A stretch of 64,000 nt of DNA from Paraglaciecola sp. GTDB taxonomy: Bacteria > Pseudomonadota > Gammaproteobacteria > Enterobacterales > Alteromonadaceae. Numbering within the stretch: position 1 is the first letter of the stretch; every line of letters begins with the position of its first letter. This document shows, one piece after another, positions 60,885-64,000 of this stretch. The stretch is taken from NCBI RefSeq assembly GCF_039942875.1, contig NZ_JBDVBQ010000046.1, forward strand, positions 61,660 through 125,659. Reading direction: 5' to 3'. Under the pieces are notes generated by a model. That model was not told the DNA's origin, did not search any database, and was given only the letters and a program-made list of their open reading frames with translations. The position numbers were made by a program, and so were the translations under genes.

Positions 60885-61898
60885 ATGAGTCACCCAATCA
60901 ATCGCACTATCTCTGTCGCGCCAATGCTGGATTGGACAGATAAACACTGTCGGTATTTCCTTAGACAAATTTCACAACATGCGCTTTTGTATACCGAAAT
61001 GGTTACCACTGGGGCGATCATTTTTGGTAAAGGCGATTATCTGGCATATAACCAAGAAGAGCACCCTGTAGCATTGCAATTGGGAGGTTCTAATCCCGTT
61101 GACATGGCGCGTTGTGCGGCTGAAGCGCAAAAGTACGGTTATGATGAAGTGAATATCAATGTAGGTTGCCCCTCTGACCGAGTACAAAATGGCAGATTTG
61201 GTGCGTGTTTAATGGCTGAGCCTGAAACCGTGGCTGATTGTATTAAAAGCATGCAGGCAGAAGTTGATATCCCCGTCACGGTAAAGTCTCGAATTGGCAT
61301 TGACGAGATGGATGAGTACGAAGACCTAAGCCGTTTTATTGATGTGGTTGCTGCGTCAGGCTGCCATACCTTTACTGTGCATGCTCGCAAAGCCTGGTTA
61401 AAAGGCTTAAGTCCAAAGCAAAATCGTGATATTCCGCCATTAATGTACGATCGTGTTTATCAACTAAAACAAGAGTTTCCAGGTTTGCATATTAGCTTAA
61501 ATGGTGGTGTGAAAACCTTAGATGAAGTAAGCGCTCATTTAGCGCATCTTGACGGCGTGATGATAGGCCGAGAGGTGTATAGTAACCCTTATATTTTGGC
61601 TGAAGTAGATCAACGCTTTTATCAAGATTCATCTCCCATTAAAACTCGGTTTGAAGTGGTTCAGGATATGCTGCCTTATGTTGAACAGCAAATGGACGGT
61701 GGAGCTAGGGTGTGGCATATCGCCAGACATATGTTAGGACTTTTTCAAGGCCAACCTGGGGGGCGTATTTGGCGTAGGTATTTGAGTCAAAATGGCACTA
61801 AAGCGGGTGCCGGTATTGAGCTGCTTATTGATGCGGTAGATGTCTTACTAGAAGCCCAAAGTAAGGCAAAAGCATTTCAGTCTGAAATGCTCGATTAA
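60885..61898 (+). CDS. dusA: tRNA dihydrouridine(20/20a) synthase
   Basis: SVAPMLDWTD is typical of the DusA N-terminus, with NINVGCPS elsewhere. The start is placed at MSHPINRT rather than at 60849. Confidence 0.92.
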   Translation: MSHPINRTISVAPMLDWTDKHCRYFLRQISQHALLYTEMVTTGAIIFGKGDYLAYNQEEHPVALQLGGSNPVDMARCAAEAQKYGYDEVNINVGCPSDRVQNGRFGACLMAEPETVADCIKSMQAEVDIPVTVKSRIGIDEMDEYEDLSRFIDVVAASGCHTFTVHARKAWLKGLSPKQNRDIPPLMYDRVYQLKQEFPGLHISLNGGVKTLDEVSAHLAHLDGVMIGREVYSNPYILAEVDQRFYQDSSPIKTRFEVVQDMLPYVEQQMDGGARVWHIARHMLGLFQGQPGGRIWRRYLSQNGTKAGAGIELLIDAVDVLLEAQSKAKAFQSEMLD

Positions 61899-62022
61899 AT
61901 TAACCACTCAATTGGTCAAAATTACTACTTTTTAGCTTTTTGGAAATGACCCGAGAGGCATTGTTATCTAGGGTTAATTAAAAATATTAATTAAATCAAG
62001 TAGATAAGAGTAATTTTCTGGT

Positions 62023-62038
62023 TGGCACAACTATCGCA
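62023..62038 (+). promoter_or_regulatory. Sigma-54 (-24/-12) promoter candidate
   Basis: TGGCAC-AACTA-TCGCA has exact GG-N10-GC spacing. It lies 73 nt upstream of the ATG at 62111. Confidence 0.55.
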
Positions 62039-62110
62039 AAGGATACTGCGACTTAACTACTAACTGGTACTAAATCAGTTAATCATTCAATTAACTAAAA
62101 GGAAATTATT

Positions 62111-62392
62111 ATGTTTACTAAATCTAAAATCGCTGCTGTTGCTCTAATCTCTAGTTTTGCTGTGATATCAACAGTTAACGCTGAAGAAATGTCATTAGAA
62201 AGTTACGTAAGTGGTATGGTTAATCAAGCTATGGTGGTTGCTCAGCAAGAAATTAAAAATACTGTGCAAGAAAATATATTAAATGTTGCTTATAACGTTA
62301 GCATAGACGAAAGCCAATCTTACAACACTAAAGTTACAATCAAAGATATAAAAGTAAAAAGTGATGAGGCAAGTGCCAATAAAGCTAAATAA
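62111..62392 (+). CDS. Small secreted protein, unknown function
   Basis: 93 aa with an AAGGA RBS and a signal peptide ending VNA-EE. No family was recognised. Confidence 0.55.
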   Translation: MFTKSKIAAVALISSFAVISTVNAEEMSLESYVSGMVNQAMVVAQQEIKNTVQENILNVAYNVSIDESQSYNTKVTIKDIKVKSDEASANKAK

Positions 62393-62402
62393 GGAGGGGG
62401 GG

Positions 62403-62558
62403 ATGTTTTATCAACTATCTTTATTTATTATGTTGTTAACACCGGTTATCGCTTATGTAGCAGGCGCTTTAATTTTTAGCTTTGTTTCGCAACTGCGAAA
62501 AGGTTTTGTACTAACAACGCTTAATAGCTGTATCTTCCAATGCAGAAACGGTCACTAA
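62403..62558 (+). CDS. Small single-TM membrane protein, unknown function
   Basis: 51 aa starting MFYQLSLFIMLL. A strong AAGGAGG RBS overlaps the upstream stop. The track ORF start at 62361 is probably too long. Confidence 0.4.
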   Translation: MFYQLSLFIMLLTPVIAYVAGALIFSFVSQLRKGFVLTTLNSCIFQCRNGH

Positions 62559-62592
62559 CAGATGTATTGACCGTTTCCTTATCTATTTTATC
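62545..62592. terminator. Hairpin terminator between convergent genes
   Basis: A perfect 10-bp inverted repeat (gaaacggtca / tgaccgtttc) is followed by T-rich sequence. It overlaps the small ORF stop. Confidence 0.6.
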
Positions 62593-62614
62593 CTTGAATT
62601 TAATCCTTATATCC

Positions 62615-63421
62615 TCATTTTTTTTCGCAAGTCAGTTTAGGAAATATACTGGGCTTGAGATGTTTTCTAATTGATATATTTAAGGCTCCAGAGTTAACAA
62701 ATATAGCTATTTGTTCATTTATTTTAGCTTTTTCACGTATTAAACGTTTACCCATTACAAACTCCAGATTGACAAAACTTATCGCCTTGGGTGACTGGTA
62801 AAATGTATATTCGCAAAACTCCGGACCAGACATTATTGCCCAAGCATTCTCCTGACTCATATAAGCAAAGTCGCAGCGTCCTTTTCCGAGCATGAGGGCC
62901 ATAGTTGTTTGGCTTATAGAGTCAACACGGGTTAATTTTTGAGTCTCAAAATCTGGCTGTAAGTTAGGATAGCTAAATCCTCTTCGAGTACAGATCGATG
63001 CGGGTTTATAGCTATCAAATACAAAAGGTTCTTTAAACTTAGACTTGGAATACAAGAAACTAGTGTGAGGCATAAGGGGATCTGAATATATAAAGTGATT
63101 AGGATTTGATACCCAAACTGAACTCCCAAAAAAAAGATCTGCTTGCTCTGTATAGACAAAGTGCTCATTACGAGACCGGCTAGAGTCAATATACTCAACA
63201 TTAAATTTGTCTGCTTCATGAAAGCTATTAAAAAAATCAACAACTACACCTCGGTATCGAGCGTGCTCTATGTCGTAATAAATATAGGGTGATGACCCCG
63301 GAGAGTTAATTACAAATCTTAAATTATGCTGTGCAGCAAAACTAAATGTATGACTAAGCATTGTTAATGATACATACACGATTAAAAAATAATTTTTAAT
63401 CGCAGCTTTGTGTAATTTCAT
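62615..63421 (-). CDS. Orphan periplasmic substrate-binding-like protein (family 3 SBP-like)
   Basis: 268 aa with a signal peptide. It has the general type-2 SBP pattern, and no permease or ATPase gene is nearby. Confidence 0.6.
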   Translation of the reverse strand: MKLHKAAIKNYFLIVYVSLTMLSHTFSFAAQHNLRFVINSPGSSPYIYYDIEHARYRGVVVDFFNSFHEADKFNVEYIDSSRSRNEHFVYTEQADLFFGSSVWVSNPNHFIYSDPLMPHTSFLYSKSKFKEPFVFDSYKPASICTRRGFSYPNLQPDFETQKLTRVDSISQTTMALMLGKGRCDFAYMSQENAWAIMSGPEFCEYTFYQSPKAISFVNLEFVMGKRLIREKAKINEQIAIFVNSGALNISIRKHLKPSIFPKLTCEKK

Positions 63422-63666
63422 GTGCCTTGAATATCCTTGTCGGGCTTTATTACAAAATTATGTTACAGGTTTTTATTTCTAAAAGTATTACTTAATGAGA
63501 TCCCCTATAGATTATTAATACGCTAAAAATTCAAGTTGTACTTTTAACCAATTGTTTGGTGTATTTGACCACTTTATTGTTTTCTTTTAATTTTCTAGGA
63601 ACGGTAACTCTTCTGGTTTTAAATAAAAAGTTAATTTAAACAAAGGCTTATGGTGTGATGTTGAAT

Positions 63667-63682
63667 TGGCACACCACTTGTA
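63667..63682 (+). promoter_or_regulatory. Sigma-54 promoter of pspA
   Basis: TGGCAC-ACCAC-TTGTA has a perfect -24 element and correct spacing. It lies 67 nt upstream of the pspA ATG. pspA is a classical sigma-54/PspF target. Confidence 0.65.
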
Positions 63683-63748
63683 ATAGTTCTGATACTAGCG
63701 CTGAAATTATTCAGCACAAGATACTTTAAATCTAACAGGAGAATTATT

Positions 63749-64000
63749 ATGGGTATGTTTTCAAGAATGTCAGACATTGTACAAGCTAACATTAATGCCA
63801 TTTTAGATAAGGCTGAAGACCCAGCTAAAGTGGTGAAATTGTTGATTCAAGAAATGGAAGAAACCTTAGTGGAATTACGCTCTGTCGCCGCCACAAACTT
63901 AGCTGAGAAAAAACAAGTTCAACGTCAGATTGCAAAACTTGAGCAGCAAGTAACAAGTTGGCAGGCTAAGGCTGAGTTAGCGCTAGATAAAGGTCGTGAA
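63749..64000 (+). CDS. pspA: Phage shock protein A (3' end outside the window)
   Basis: [40 protein letters not shown] is the canonical PspA N-terminus. The frame is open to the window edge. Confidence 0.93.
   Translation, partial: MGMFSRMSDIVQANINAILDKAEDPAKVVKLLIQEMEETLVELRSVAATNLAEKKQVQRQIAKLEQQVTSWQAKAELALDKGRE

Noticed and set aside
60566-60900. The 5' end of dusA as an integration hotspot for integrative elements
   Set aside because: There is no integrase gene, no duplicated dusA 5' fragment and no att-like direct repeat. dusA appears intact with an ordinary upstream intergenic region.
1-64000. Search for tRNA, rRNA, CRISPR repeats, IS elements, toxin-antitoxin pairs and defence-island signatures
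   Set aside because: I saw no regularly spaced direct repeats, no T-loop/acceptor-like tRNA signatures in the intergenic regions, and no transposase or integrase ORFs other than xerC. No small two-gene cassettes with a TA-like layout were recognised by eye. This is a manual scan, so short elements could have been missed.

Overview
This is a 64 kb, low-GC chromosomal segment. Its gene content looks like a marine Alteromonadales-type gammaproteobacterium, but that taxonomic call is inference only. Nearly all of the window is tightly packed housekeeping genes. In order these include thiF(partial)-thiS-thiG-thiH, uvrA, two chemoreceptors, fbp/mpl, hemE-nudC, zur, cheX, an OmpA-family protein and dnaB. 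They are followed by a block (about 24.2-37.9 kb) that mirrors the E. coli recQ-yigI-rarD...uvrD-yigB-xerC-yigA-dapF-lptM neighbourhood. After that come rraA, fldB, msrA, a YCII/DGPF plus ECF sigma pair, an NSS transporter, ybdG, yihG, an M16 peptidase, a second recQ paralog, dusA and the start of pspA. I found no rRNA, tRNA, CRISPR array, transposase, phage integrase or obvious defence island. I cannot point to a clear multi-gene novel system. The most unusual items are listed here.

- Two sigma-54-type promoters lie 1.6 kb apart. One drives pspA with no adjacent pspF. The other drives an uncharacterised pair of small secreted and membrane proteins.
- One chemoreceptor has its putative Cache-like sensor module C-terminal to the signalling domain.
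- Two REC-GGDEF proteins are inserted on either side of rarD. One has a receiver lacking the phospho-acceptor Asp.
- Two independently decayed hotdog thioesterases are present: a T-run frameshift, and a yigI-like relic with an in-frame TAA.
- An ECF42-like sigma and DGPF module carries a candidate ECF promoter and has no anti-sigma gene.
- A flavodoxin gene overlaps an HExxH protein of unknown function, which sits next to an orphan exbD.

All functional calls come from reading the supplied translations for motifs and family resemblance. No searches were run.
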